DNA from: Dirinaria sp. TL-2023a
Taxonomy: Eukaryota
Reading direction: 5' to 3'
NCBI GenBank assembly: GCA_051941275.1
Contig: JAVEBF010000016.1
Location: forward strand, 1 to 54,053
DNA length: 54,053 nt
The notes under the pieces were generated by a model. That model was not told where the DNA came from, did no database searches, and was given only the letters and a program-made list of their open reading frames with translations. How positions within the stretch are numbered: position 1 is the stretch's first letter; each line of letters begins with the position of its first letter. Shown here in pieces: positions 9,508-22,136 of the stretch. Position numbers and translations under genes: made by a program.

Positions 9508-10722
9508 TTAGACCCGGACGCGCGGGTTCGCAGTAGCATTGTTCAAGTTCAAGAAACGGGCAATAATGCCACCACCGCCAATCTTGACCTTCTTCGCCGG
9601 CTTCTCGTCCACGCTACCGCAACTGAGCATGTGATTCCCCAATGACGGTCGCAGAGTGTATGTAGATTCGCTCATGTAGCCGTCCTCATGGCTCGACATG
9701 ATAGCGACATCGTCCACATATGAAGAAATGGATGATGCCGGGGTCCCGTGGGCATTGGATCGAGGAGATACGGAAGATGAGCGAGACGATGAATATGTTG
9801 ATGCCGTACCAGGTCTTGTAAGAGCAGGTAGAGCGTCGATTGACGGAGGGGAGACAGAACGGTTGTGAGGGTGGTGAGGTTGGCGGATAGGCCGCCGTGG
9901 CGCTACCGGTGGCGGATCAGAGTCTCTAGAAAAGCGCTCGAGATCCGAAATGTACGTTGAGGACGTGTAGACGTTGGGTGAGGCATACACGCCAATGGCT
10001 GGTGGTGGAGTGGGTAGTGACGTTGTGGATTGAGAGATCAAGGGTTTCCCTGAATAATAAGCCCGTTGTTGCTGGACAAGACTGTGCTCTCGGGCTCTGT
10101 GATGACGCTTGAATTCCTCCAAGGCCATGCGCTCTCGGATAGGAGCTAAGAAAGGCTCAAAATGCATGAATAGGTCGTCATTCGTGATTCGTAAGTCCCA
10201 GTCTAATAAGAATAGAAGCTGCTTTTCCATGAGATTCACCTCCGTTACAGAAAACCCAAAACCGTCGTAACCCTTCACTGATGAATAACGTGCCCAATGC
10301 TTGTTCTTAGGCGAAGAATCGTTGAGATTCTTGGCAGCAAGAATTAATGATGCTAAGAATATCCGGTGAACTGTGCATGGCATACCCTTAGCGACGGGAG
10401 GGAGCTTCTGTTGTAGCCGTGAAAGATAGATTAGTGAGCTCATCAGAGTGGGTACTTGGACGTGAGAACGGTCCACCAAGCCCTGAATGAAGACTGTCAA
10501 CGGGGGAAGTAATGGCTTTAACGATGATTCTGGCTCTTCAGCTGGAGGTGGTGTTGAGGGCGGTGTAGGAGGAAGGTGCTTGTCTATATGCGGTAGTCGT
10601 TGCTCGCAGCGGATGACACCAGCAGCTTTCTCTGCAAGATGGGCTATCATGGCCGACGAGACGGGCATTATGATGAAGCAATCCAGTGCAGCCTGATTTC
10701 GATGTGACGTGACTGCCGCCAT
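9508..10722 (-). CDS. PCL1: Pho85 cyclin of the Pcl1/PclA family
   Basis: 404-aa intronless ORF with cyclin-box motifs SHVQVPTLMSSLIYLSRL, HRIFLASLILAAKNLNDSSPKNKHW and EVNLMEKQLLFLLDWDL, followed by a Ser/Pro-rich tail. Confidence 0.92.
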   Translation of the reverse strand: MAAVTSHRNQAALDCFIIMPVSSAMIAHLAEKAAGVIRCEQRLPHIDKHLPPTPPSTPPPAEEPESSLKPLLPPLTVFIQGLVDRSHVQVPTLMSSLIYLSRLQQKLPPVAKGMPCTVHRIFLASLILAAKNLNDSSPKNKHWARYSSVKGYDGFGFSVTEVNLMEKQLLFLLDWDLRITNDDLFMHFEPFLAPIRERMALEEFKRHHRAREHSLVQQQRAYYSGKPLISQSTTSLPTPPPAIGVYASPNVYTSSTYISDLERFSRDSDPPPVAPRRPIRQPHHPHNRSVSPPSIDALPALTRPGTASTYSSSRSSSVSPRSNAHGTPASSISSYVDDVAIMSSHEDGYMSESTYTLRPSLGNHMLSCGSVDEKPAKKVKIGGGGIIARFLNLNNATANPRVRV

Positions 10723-12891
10723 GGTAGCTATCGTGTGTTACGTGATTTGCACGTAGTATGTGATGGATATTTAATTGCAAGAACTCCGAACCTGGGGTGA
10801 CGTCGTAGGATGTAAATTGCCTAGACCTGGTAGATTTGCACGCTTCGGAGGTCGACCCTGATTAGATATGGTAAAGGGCTGATCTGGGGTAAGCCGGATC
10901 CAAAGATGGTTAGGGAGAAGCTGCCGAAAAGGAATTAAGGATTATTAGCTTGGGGGCGGACGGGTGTGCCTGGTAGATTGATGGAAAGTGTTGGGAGCTG
11001 CGTTGATCGTATGATAATCTTTCCGAATGCAGAAAGCCACCTGAGACCAGCAAAGGTGTTGCCCTAGGGAAAGTGCCAGACAATGAAATTATTCAGTTGA
11101 AGTCCGAAGACTAAGGACAATGGCAGGAGTGTTGCAAGTTCCGACCAGCGGAAAAGTTTGTCTCGACAAAGGCCTTGTTGCTCTCGGCGGCCAGCGCAGA
11201 CAAGCCAAAATTTGAGAGCGGACAGCGGATGTTGTGCGGGTGTTGGTGCGAACTTTAAAGGTTTACTATTATCTGTTTACGGAGAAGCGGCCGCGAACAA
11301 GCTAGAACTCGGCGTTAGAAATTGGCGGAAGATGCGTAGTAGGTAAGAGCTCCGGGCGATGCCTCACGGAGTAGGGGTGAATCTGAAAGGGGCCGAACTC
11401 CTTCGCGAGATGCAGTGCGGGCTGGGAGATCCTTGAACGGGAGGAAGTCTGGTGTGCACACGGTGTACGGAAATGTAGCTGCTAGCTGCGGAACGAAAGA
11501 TGGCGTTGGAAGGCGTGTTGCTGCCGTCAAGTAGTGCGAGGACAGGTTTTCAAGTATCGACAGCTGGGTTTCCCTTTAATGAATTCCTCAAACCAGTGAG
11601 GAGGAGGCGGAGGTGGACGTGAAGGATACCAAAAGGAACAAGAGTAGTAAGTCCCAGGTACTAACAAACCATAACACGATCCCCAAACAAGAAACGAGTA
11701 GAATGCGGTGGTGGTGAATGAGTTGTGTGGGTGTTTCGGACTCGAAGCAGATGGGGTGAGCGATCTTTAAGATAGAATGAAGATGAAGGTGAAGCAACAC
11801 ACCCCTGTTCCCTATCCCTGCACTGGTGTCTGAACTGCAGCTGGCAAACGCGATGCCACTGGCTTAGACAACACGTTTTAATTATTGTAGAGAAGCAGGT
11901 CGCAGATAGAGCTCCCCCTTCCTCAGCGGGTGGTTGCTGCTGCTGGAATTGCCAGCGTCGCGGCCCTCGCAGGCTACCTGAATGCGTGAGAGGCTCTGAG
12001 AATCTGATGGTCTGATAGGCTGACGAATGTCCTCTACTCCACTTAGCGCGCGCCCAAAGAAAGCATGTTAAGACAAGCGAATAGAAACTCGCGATTTCCC
12101 TACCGATTCGACAGGGAAAGGCGCAGAAGGGTTCGGCGCGTCTTTTGGATGACATACAGTTTCACGACTCTCTCCGCGTTTCATAACGGCCAAATAGCGC
12201 AGGGGGATGAACTCATTGGTCTCTGTTACCAATTGTGAAGCAAGTCGTGCAAGGCCCAGCAGCACCAGGAATAACTTCCTTAAAAGCTAAAGGTTCACCG
12301 TTCGAAGAAGCCGATACACCTAGGAGTATCTTGCAAGAGAGTACTCGATGGCTCGTTGATATCTGCGACGCGTTCCACAGAAAGGCGGGAAATGGGCCGA
12401 GGAAAGATGACCGCGGGATTATTCGTCGAGGGTTCGACGCGCTTTTTGAACTCGACACAGCGACTGCTGATCACTAGCCCTAACATGTGAAGCTGGGGAA
12501 GAATCGTGGACATCGAGAAGCTGTCAGCTGTGATGCTTGCACTAGTACTGTCCCATGCCCTCTGCGACGCAAGGTCAGGAGCGAATGGCCCAAGACACAC
12601 TTGCGCGGACGGGGATGGTTGCCATGGCTGAGATGGTCGGCGATGATCCCTCTCGTGCACGAGACGGCGAAAGCATCATAGGACGGCTGTGGCGACTCGT
12701 GATGCTCACCGCTCAACCGGACCAGTACCTCTGGAGTGTGAGCGTGGACCATTCGACTGGCCAATACCCTCATGGGCAGCAACCATTTGGGTTTGTATCT
12801 AGCTGCCCGGCGTCGGACGAGGGAGCTGGGCACCGGAGGTACAGGCTACCTTAGTCTTCAGTCAACGATGCCTTTGCTCACGAGCTCCCAT

Positions 12892-12920
12892 CACCACCAC
12901 CACCACCACCGCCGCCGCCG
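12892..12920 (+). repeat. Compound microsatellite (CAC)n(CGC)n
   Basis: caccaccaccaccaccaccgccgccgccg. Confidence 0.8.
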
Positions 12921-14599
12921 ATAATGGTGGTGTCGGAGATGATCACACGACCGCGTATCTTTATTGGTTACGGTTTTAATTCCCGTCCGGAGCGGGGCAT
13001 TAATAGTAGGAGCCGTGAAGTAAAGTACGCAGACAGCCATCATGATGATAATCCAATGTGGCTCAGCTTCCTACCACTCGTCTGGCCCGCTAAACGATTT
13101 TATCGTTTTGGCCAAACTCTCGTTGAGTCTGTCTGGATCTACACTACTACTACTGCAGTACTTGCTTTACTCTGTTGCCCACCACTTCAGCCACACCATC
13201 AGCCACACCTTCATTCAAACTAGTTTCGGCACGGTTACGGACCCAAGCCACATACTATTTCTACACGCTACTCAGCTTCCGAGGGATCGGCAGACATCTG
13301 CGAAGATAGGGAGACGCGCATGAACCCACTGCGAAACGTAGTCGAATTGGAGCTACAGGGTTCTATAGGACCGTAAAACCTGGGTTGTTTCGTCAAGCTG
13401 GCTGTAAACGCCGAGGTTGGCAACAGCATGCATACTTCCTTGACCTACCTTAGGTGTTCCGTTATTTGACCATAGGGTAATTTAGCTACGAGCGGCGATC
13501 AACTGCAGTGACCTTGTCACGGAATTATGATAAGCGAATCCCTGGTCCATATTGGGATATCTGTCGCGTAGCCAAAATGCTTACTCGAGGATTGGTGGAG
13601 GCGTTTGGAGAGGAACGCTGGAGAGAGGGTTCTGGGTGTGAGTGAAATGATAGGTAGACTCTGGTAGAGTATTCGAAAAGCGCTAGAGTAGGAGGACAAT
13701 CGGAATTTGTGTGCCTCGGCAACAAAAATAATGACTTCGACTTTATAGGCATGTATATGCTCCTTGCTATTCGGATCCTCATCCTCTCAAAAATAGAACA
13801 TGGGAAATCCTATGGAACCTTCTGTCCGTTTGCCTCATGCAGCCGGCTGCTAGTTTCAGCCTGAGCGATTATTATTGGCGCTGACTTGGCCTTTGTTCCA
13901 GGCTTTTGCGACATCGCTGATGCATCGTTGTACTCCACTCTCAATTTCCAAGGCTTTCATTCAAAGTACTCAAAATGTACTTACCCGTACCTTAGGCTGA
14001 TGCTCTTGGCTCTGGATGACGCCCGTGCACAGGGCTGTAGCCGCTTTGTATGCCGTCAAAACCGATGCATCATGCACTGACAGTTGCATGCTGTTTGATC
14101 TCTACTCGGCGGCTTCTCCGCTGAATATGTACTACGATTCGTGCGTGGTACAGTAGCCTCTCACATTCCGAATTAGAACTTGCGTAATGGGCAAAGCCGG
14201 GTTCGAGGCCCTTGTCGCCCGATTTCCATCGCCATACATTGCTAGAGCTTTTCTTAGTTGGGTGGGTACTCGTTACTTCAAATTTATCAATGAAACTTCG
14301 GCTGCGTGCTTGATCCGCCAGCTAGATAGAATATCCCCAAGCTTTCTTGCTGTATCCACCTGCTGTTTGTCAGTAACTTATTGTTGATACTAGCTGTGAA
14401 GAAGGCTAGTCAGTCCAAATTTCACGGTCACGGTAAGAGTTCCGAGAATATGATCTTATGCAGGTAGAGAGAAAGACCTGAATTGGTGTTTTGCGGCTAT
14501 CTATCTGTCCATCGATGCGTCTGAACGGATACAATCGTTGATGTACACAGAAGCTAGCAGACCGGCGTACTGAGACACCGCTCTCATTTCAAAACTTAT

Positions 14600-15765
14600 T
14601 CAAAGGATGGTACCAAACCTGTTGGAAGAATGTTAGCCAGAATTGTTCTTCGTGGGGAAACAAGAGACGCCAACCCGAATGTAGTCTTGATACTCCTGAC
14701 GTAATACTCTCCCCAATTCCTCTTTGTCACCTCTTCCTGTCCTATCGGCACACCGTCCCATGTGACACGCATAACCGTCACAGCATCGACTTCATTCTGG
14801 TCAAAGCCAATCTTCAACGTGCTGTAGTGGCCTTCTGGCCATTGCCCTAGCCGCCATTGCTGCACTATCTTTGTCGGTCTCTCCAACTCAGTGTACTGAC
14901 CAGTGACATTTCCGCCAAACAGCTCGAATCTCCCTCCGACATGTGCGCCCTCAAATACCTTCGGAGGCGCCCGGGTGAAAGCAGCGAGACGGTCTGGGGA
15001 AGTAAAGGTTTCGAAGAGTTCAGCAGCTGTAGTGCGGAATTCTTCGCTCGACATGACAGTCGTGGTATTGACTAGGCTGCCTTTCTGACTTGTTGGGGAA
15101 GCGGTCGAAGTCGACGTGGCCTTGGCCTTGGCTTCTGCAGCGGTCGAGACTTTGACGGTAGTTGTGGGCGCCTGAGATGGCGAGGTGCCTGGAGCGTGCT
15201 GAATGTCTTTGCCATGTTCCGCTATGAGGGCAGGGCCAAGTTTGACAAGCTGTCTGCGTAGCTGGGGCACTATCTTCGAGCGAACAAGCTCTTTCACAGG
15301 CTGTTTGGAGGCTTCGTCTGCGTAGATATCTATTTCGAACTGGGTTTCCCAAACATTTTAGTATCGCTCGAGAGAAGACTCAAGTAAGGCATAAAGGGAA
15401 CATACGACGTACTCATCTTCCTCGGTGTCATGCGCTACCTCTGGTACAGTGATGCTTCCGTTGACGTTTTCCACTTCTTTAGCCCTACCTACGGATCGAA
15501 TCAGCGCCTCCCGCTTGCTACTCACACGAGTGGAATGGATACCTTCATATTCAAGCTGTAACTTCACATCGAATAACGTTATGACCTTGCCCTTACGCTG
15601 ACTGACGTCGACATCCCCATCCATGCTTCGCACTTTCGTGACCTTTGCACAAGCATCCGATTCTTCGCTAGAAATGCCAATGAGCTTCTTCTCTAGATAT
15701 GATCTTGCCCATTCTGAAGCGTCCTTGTTAACCCAATGCCAATTGTTGGGATTGTGCAGGACCAT
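14600..15765 (-). CDS. AHA1: Hsp90 co-chaperone Aha1
   Basis: N-terminal NPNNWHWVNKD motif, VSQRKGKVITLFDVKLQL, and a C-terminal START-like domain (KIVQQWRL...WPEGHYS; NWGEYYVRSIKTTFG). Three introns; spliced end FGTIL*. Confidence 0.96.
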
Positions 15766-16369
15766 CTTGAAGTTTAAGCGACCAAATAGAGACTAGTCGG
15801 TTGAAAATTAGTCTTGCTTCTCTGAAGTTCGATGCACGGTTCAAAGGTGGCTAAGAGAGCTATCAGAAGAGCGGAGGTCGATGCTCCCGTAAAGCTAGTC
15901 CGCAGCAACAGAGTACAGTATACAAGTCTTCTAGGACTGGTGCCAGCTAGATACTATCATCATAGAATGCGCAATAAACAAGGAAATGAAAATGGCCGTC
16001 GTACCTATCATCGATGGATTTTTGAGCGTCCTTAACATCCGAGTTTGGAGTGATAGAAGGCTCGAGAAACAAAGTCCAGGGAATAGCGGTCCGAAGAGTC
16101 TCGCCTATACCTTCCTTAAGCAGGAATCAGGATTCCTGAAGACACTACGAGACTACCTAAGTACCTTAAGGTTGGATGATCGATTTCGTAAGGTATACAG
16201 TACTCGATTTTGCGAAATAACCATAGCTAGTTCGATCTGGGGTATCTACAAAGACAAGCTACAGCTTGTTAGTGGTTTCCCTGTTGTCCGTGAAATCCGT
16301 CCAGCATTAATGCCCAACAATGATCTGTACAAGACTAAGTATATACACCATATGCGCAACCTGCCAATA

Positions 16370-18559
16370 CTATGTACATGTAAGAAGCATCATAAAGGGA
16401 AGCACCAACAGCCTCAAGAGTAGGGCAATGTTTGGGTCGCTTGTTGCAGTGCTTTTCTTCGTCTCGCTTGGCGTAGCTGTAGCAGTATACACTCCCGTCA
16501 GAAGTTCGCTAGTCGTTACTGATGAGCCGCTCCTCGAAGTGGAAGACACAGGCCGGACCGCTGTAGAGGCGGGTACAGAGCCAGGGTATCCTGCATCACC
16601 TGATACTGACGATGCGGGAGCCCTCCAGTCACTCTCAGAATCGTAGAGCACGCCGTTGATGATCACCCCTTGGCCATTCCTCAGCTTATCTATCTGATCA
16701 CTGTCGCATGTGCTCTGGATACTCCGAATCCAGCAGGTCGGATCAGCCTGATCAGGAGCAGTGTTCGTGTGCGTCGCGTTGGCGTCACCACTGCTTGCGA
16801 ATGTGGCTAGGTCGATTGGTTCTCCCAATGAGATATCAGTACCCATGATAATTCGGGTGAAGACCGTGAAAGCCGTCTCTGGCTGATATGCGGGTACTAA
16901 ATGGCCGGCGTCATAGATCCGCGAGAACGACAAATTACCGTATTGACGACTGGCCCCCCCAACGTATGTGCTGTTGACGACAATATCGGCGTAGCCAGCA
17001 GAATAGAAAGGAGCATAAGTTGGTGATTGCGCTGCAATCGAGAAGGAAACTGCCTCGCCACCGAGCCAGTTGCAGATATAATCTCGATCGCCATATATTA
17101 AGGCTACTCGTACCCCCAAGGATAGTAAATACGACATGTCATTAATCTGGCCACCACGTTCATAATCGCCTGTCTGATTGAATGCGCTCGCGACGGCGCC
17201 ACTGCTTTGAGTGTAGTTCACGGCGGCACCAACAGCACCTTGTACTTCTGCGGAATTTAGGTACTCAAGGTATGTGCTTGCAGGGAAAGAGTCGGGTAGC
17301 TTCTGGGATATATCGTAGATACTTCTGCCAGATGCCGTATATGGCGCCAGAACGTTGTTTTCACAGATTGTCTGCGCGTTGGAGCAGGCTGCGTTGACGG
17401 TAGCCACATCCCCATCGTTGGTCTGGTCCATTGAATTGATCCCGTCCCGACAGGTCTGAATGAGTTGCTGACATCCGCCAGTGCTGAGAAAGCTATTCGC
17501 CGCATTTTGTTGCTGAACAAGAGATATAGCCTGAATGCCATACGTGTTGTTATTCGCGAATATTGGATAGAAACGTCCCTGAACCAAGTCATCAACGCAT
17601 CCTTGCATTATTCCAAGTGAAGCGAGCCGGATCTCTAGGGTCTTATTGAGGGGCAGAGATCCATTCAACCGCCTTAGATTCTGCTTCTCAAAATATGCCG
17701 CAAAAACTGGGCCAAATTTGCCGCCGTAGCTTTCAGTGAAGAGATGGATTCCCGCGACGCCAGGTTGAGTGCTGTTGGGACGAGTACCTGGATTATACTG
17801 AGGAAAGGTGCCGAGGAATCCCTGCAACATGTGCCACAGTGCATGCGCGGCAATTTCGGTGGTGTTGGTCGTTGAGGCGCTGTTGTTTGAGCTGAAAGTA
17901 CCATTGAGAAAAGTATGCGGCGGTTGATTCCCTGATCCTAAGGACGGTGGCGTTGAAATAGTAGATGTGATAAGATTTAATGTTCCGTCTGTGGTGTTGT
18001 CGTAAGAGAACCCTGTCAAATTCGGCTGATCAATGTACAAGATGTTTGAACTGCGATCCCAACCCCATTCTCTGGGTTGCGTGCCCAACTTGCCTTCTGC
18101 TATTTCGACAACTTCGCAGGGCCCGTTCTCTTGGAATAACCCGACCATACTGCTGGTTCCGGGGCCACCGTTCAAAAAGACGGTCAGTGGGGCCGTGCTT
18201 GGGCTCGTCCTTGCTTCGATGAACCAAAAGAATGTGTTGATAGAGTAGTTCTGCTGTACCGGAGCCAACTCGAACCTTGGCAAAGAGACATAACCTGTAT
18301 ACTGTTGCTGTTGTGGGAAGGCCGTTGTGCAAGTGCCCACAGGCGGAATTTTGAAGTGTATCAAGATGTTTCCATCGACCGGCGAGGGTATGGAGTTGAC
18401 ACCAGAGTCTGAATTGATGAATGGTGCGTACTGTCCGGTGGTGAAGACGGACAAAATGAGGAAAAAGCCAATTGCTGAACGTAGGATGGCGGGGAGGAGT
18501 GGTGGTCGCTACTCAGGATCAGCATCTAACCGTTCAGATACATATTCAGTTCCCACCAT
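16370..18559 (-). CDS. Serine carboxypeptidase (peptidase S10), secreted, probably GPI-anchored
   Basis: Motifs LNGGPGTSS, YIDQP, TESYGG (catalytic Ser), GDRDYICN and DAGHLVP. A signal peptide appears after splicing ATG (18559-18557) across a 48-nt intron. Ser/Thr-rich linker and hydrophobic C-terminus. Confidence 0.92.
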
Positions 18560-19822
18560 GATGGAGGGTGGCTGGAGAACCCCGTAACGTTGGGGTGGCA
18601 CTTTTCAAGCTTCATTGACCAGTTACTTCGACCATTACTTTTATAGGTAGTTGGCTAGCTCGCCGTTTTTTTGAGATGAGGGATCGTAGACCGTCAAGAT
18701 CGAAAGTCAAACCACCAAATGCTGCCAATGTACGCAAGAAGAAAGATTATATGAAGCGAGCTGAAAGCCTGCAAACAAAGAGCAATGCTGCCGTACTCAA
18801 AAGATAGTATTATTAAACATTAAAAGGGTCGGATGCCGTGCCCGTCAGTAGAGGCGTCTCAGAGATGTGCTGATCCTAAGGTAAAGTCAGGAAAAAACCA
18901 AATCGCACAATGTCCAGCGAGTGAGTGTAAAGGGAGGGTGGTTGTTTGCGACCAAATTGAAAGAAACGGTATCCAATAATGCACCTCACACGATCTTTAG
19001 ACATGCGAAAGTTGAGCGCCAAGCCTTCTATGTAACTTGCTTCGTAAGGTATGTACCTTAGGACTTACGATACTGATGTACTAAAGTAGGTAAGGTGTGT
19101 ACTGTAGTCTCTGATCCAAGACAGCGGATTTACTAAGGTAATCGGGCAGCGATCAAAATGGAACCCCGTCCCCGATCTACCTTACTTAGGTACGGAGTAC
19201 CTTACCGACTACCGGGAGCTACCGATAGCTCACTCTGTACGTAGTACACTAGCGTTTTGCACAGCCCATTTGCCAAGTCGGCTGGCGTCATTCCGTCGAC
19301 CTTCATGATGACCGTTTTGCGCTTCGACCTCAAATCATGCCCAGCCTGAATCACGCTGCCCAAGCATCGCATCCAGATATTACCCTATCTTACTTACAAC
19401 ACTACTCTTCGTTGCCGGCTGCCACACACCTTTACTCTGCATCGAGCCTACGAAGCTGTTTGTCCGGTGCTTAGTGACGACTTCTACCCCGCTATTATCC
19501 AACCCCCCTGGGACAACCTTCAACATCCGCAGCAGCCATTGATCCCTTGGAACACACCTCGACCCTCTGCTAGCTCTCATTTGCTCGTGTCAGACAATTC
19601 TGCCCAGCTCTCGCTAACTTCCCAGCCAAGACCGGGAGGCTTTGAAGTGCTTATGGGTCAGTTTCGCCATATTTCCCTCATTATCCCCCATATATCGCGC
19701 CCTTTGCCGCTGCGCACAAGTATCTGATCCAGTGAGCTTGTCTTACACGCACTCACTTCCGCTAAAGGATGCTTGCATTCCCTTCGTCTCTAATACCCTT
19801 GGATTGTTGATTACTGATCGCA

Positions 19823-21337
19823 ATGGAGCAAGCAGCTGCATCCAGATTGAAGTCTAGCTTCAGACGCCATGCTTCAAATAGCGCTGTCCCTCAGTTTCGT
19901 GGTAGGGAGGATGCGCACACAGAGAACGGCAACATGATCTCATCCACTGTCTCCGAGACTGTGAATGAACACTCCCGCCTCTTGTCTCGTCCTTTCTACA
20001 ACGCCGACGGCCTGCCGCTGTATGAGGATTCCAGGAAATGGGTGCGCTGGCCTTCGGAGACTGCTCACATTATATATAAAGTCCTTGCGAGCAATTATGT
20101 CAATGTTCTATTGATATTTGTGCCCTTAGGAATTATTGCCGGAGCAGTAGGATGGAGCCCGACTGCCATCTTTATCCTCAACTTCCTTGCTATCATACCA
20201 CTGGCTGCGCTCCTGAGCTTTGCCACTGAGGAGTTGTCCGTCAATATAGGACAGACTTTGGGAGGTTTACTCAATGCCACTTTCGGCAATGCTGTAGAGT
20301 TGATCGTAAGTGCTTGAAGCTGATATTTAGTCGGCAACAACTGATCGGATATGAAGGTCAGTATAGTTGCATTGAAGAATGGGGAGATCCGAATTGTCCA
20401 GTCAAGCATGCTGGGCTCGATTCTTTCCAATATACTCCTAGTCCTCGGCTGCTGTTTCCTTGCCGGAGGCACTCGGTATCCAGAGCAGTCTTTCAACGAA
20501 ACAGTCGCTTCAACAATGTCGTCCTTAATGGCTGTATCGTCTGCGTCGTTAATCATTCCCGCGACACTTTACGCTGCCATGCGTGGTTCCAGGGCAGACG
20601 ATGAAAAGGAAGATAACGTTTTGATTTTGTCGCATGGAACTGCTATCATTCTACTAATTATCTACGTACTTTACCTCTTCTTCCAGCTCCGAACTCATTC
20701 GCACTTGTTCGACGAAAAGCCGGACGAGGAAGGCGACGCGACGCAGAAAGAGCCAAACATATTACATCCTTGGCCTGCTGCAGTCGTTCTTGTCGCGATT
20801 ACAGTTTGTGTAGCCGTCTGTGCCGAATACCTGGTTGACAGTATCGACTCGATTGTCCAAACGGCTCACATCAGCAAGACATTCATAGGCCTGATCCTAT
20901 TGCCCATTGTGGGCAATGCTGCTGAGCATGTGACAGCCGTGGTTGTTTCACTGAAAAATAAAATGGACCTTGCAATCGGTGTGGCTATTGGGAGTAGTAT
21001 GCAGATTGCGTTGCTTGTCACCCCATTCCTGGTCATTCTTGGCTGGATCATGGGACAACCCATGACTCTGCATTTTGAGACTTTCGAAACTGTCGTGTTC
21101 TTCCTGAGTGTTCTTATCACCAACTACCTTATTCAGGTTCGTCGTTCGTCGCGCTAAAAGCTGGCTTTGCTAATGTGCTGTTTAGGATGGCAAGTCTAAT
21201 TATCTCGAAGGCGCAATGTTGATCGGTCTATACGCAGTCATTGCCTTGGCTTTTGTACGTGCTTTCCTGGTCATGAATGATTTGCATGCTAACGAACCTT
21301 TTAGTTCGTCTACCCTGATAATGCTAGTATTGTCTGA
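19823..21337 (+). CDS. VCX1: Vacuolar Ca2+/H+ exchanger (CAX family)
   Basis: Motifs GGLLNATFGNAVELI, SMLGSILSNILLVLG, PIVGNAAEH, IGVAIGSSMQIAL and DGKSNYLEG. Three introns; ends FVYPDNASIV*. Confidence 0.95.
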
Positions 21338-22136
21338 AGTATATTTTGGCCGTCCTGAGCCGCGATACGTATCATACCACTTGTGTAGTTCTACCTAACC
21401 GCTTAGGCTTGAGGCGTATGTACATACGAATTATGGGGTGATTAAGAGGCCAACAAAATCAAAAAAAGATGGCCGTGGGAAAACAAATCCCGAATGCTGC
21501 AATACCGATGTAGTGCATAAGCAATGATTGCCAACGGCTACGCTATCACTGACGGGCTCTCAGAATATGATTTTCAGCTGAAGTCCTTCTCTGTGAAGTT
21601 CTAGGTGGGATAATGATGTGCAGTCAATCTCTCCCGTTACTCAGACACGGTTGAGCATTTTTAAAGTAACTTTTCGTATGGCGGTTTCATCTTACTCACG
21701 GTCCAACCTTTCGATTGAGTCCCAATGGCCAAAAGAGCGGGGAAGATTCAGTGAGCGACTAGCAGTGCATGTTCAGAGTCAGGAAAAGACGCGATCAGGC
21801 TTTAGTCCTTCAAAGTCTGAAGCATGAAATACACGATATTGGCAGCTATTCCTCCAATTGTGATGGTACGATAGATACCGTTTTACCCATGGGCAAAGTA
21901 ACCATGTCACTTGGTCAGACTGTTACCACCAGTAGCAAGTAATCACTAGCAAGACCTTGGCTGAGATGGGAGAAAATAAATACGCGTATCAAATGTATTC
22001 AATCAATGTTTTTACTGTATCCTCAATTTGTGCCGTACCGCCGTGGGACTTTGGACACACAACCTATGATTCCGAGTGCAAAACCTGTTAATGCTCGCTG
22101 TGATAGTACGACATGTTGCTAGATCCAGGCATTCAC

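Noticed and set aside
11158..13323. Many overlapping 60-160 aa ORFs upstream of the cyclin
   Set aside because: No recognisable domains or coherent exon structure; consistent with chance ORFs.
14187..14225. GGGTTCGAGGCCC T-loop-like hairpin
   Set aside because: No cloverleaf or A-box context.
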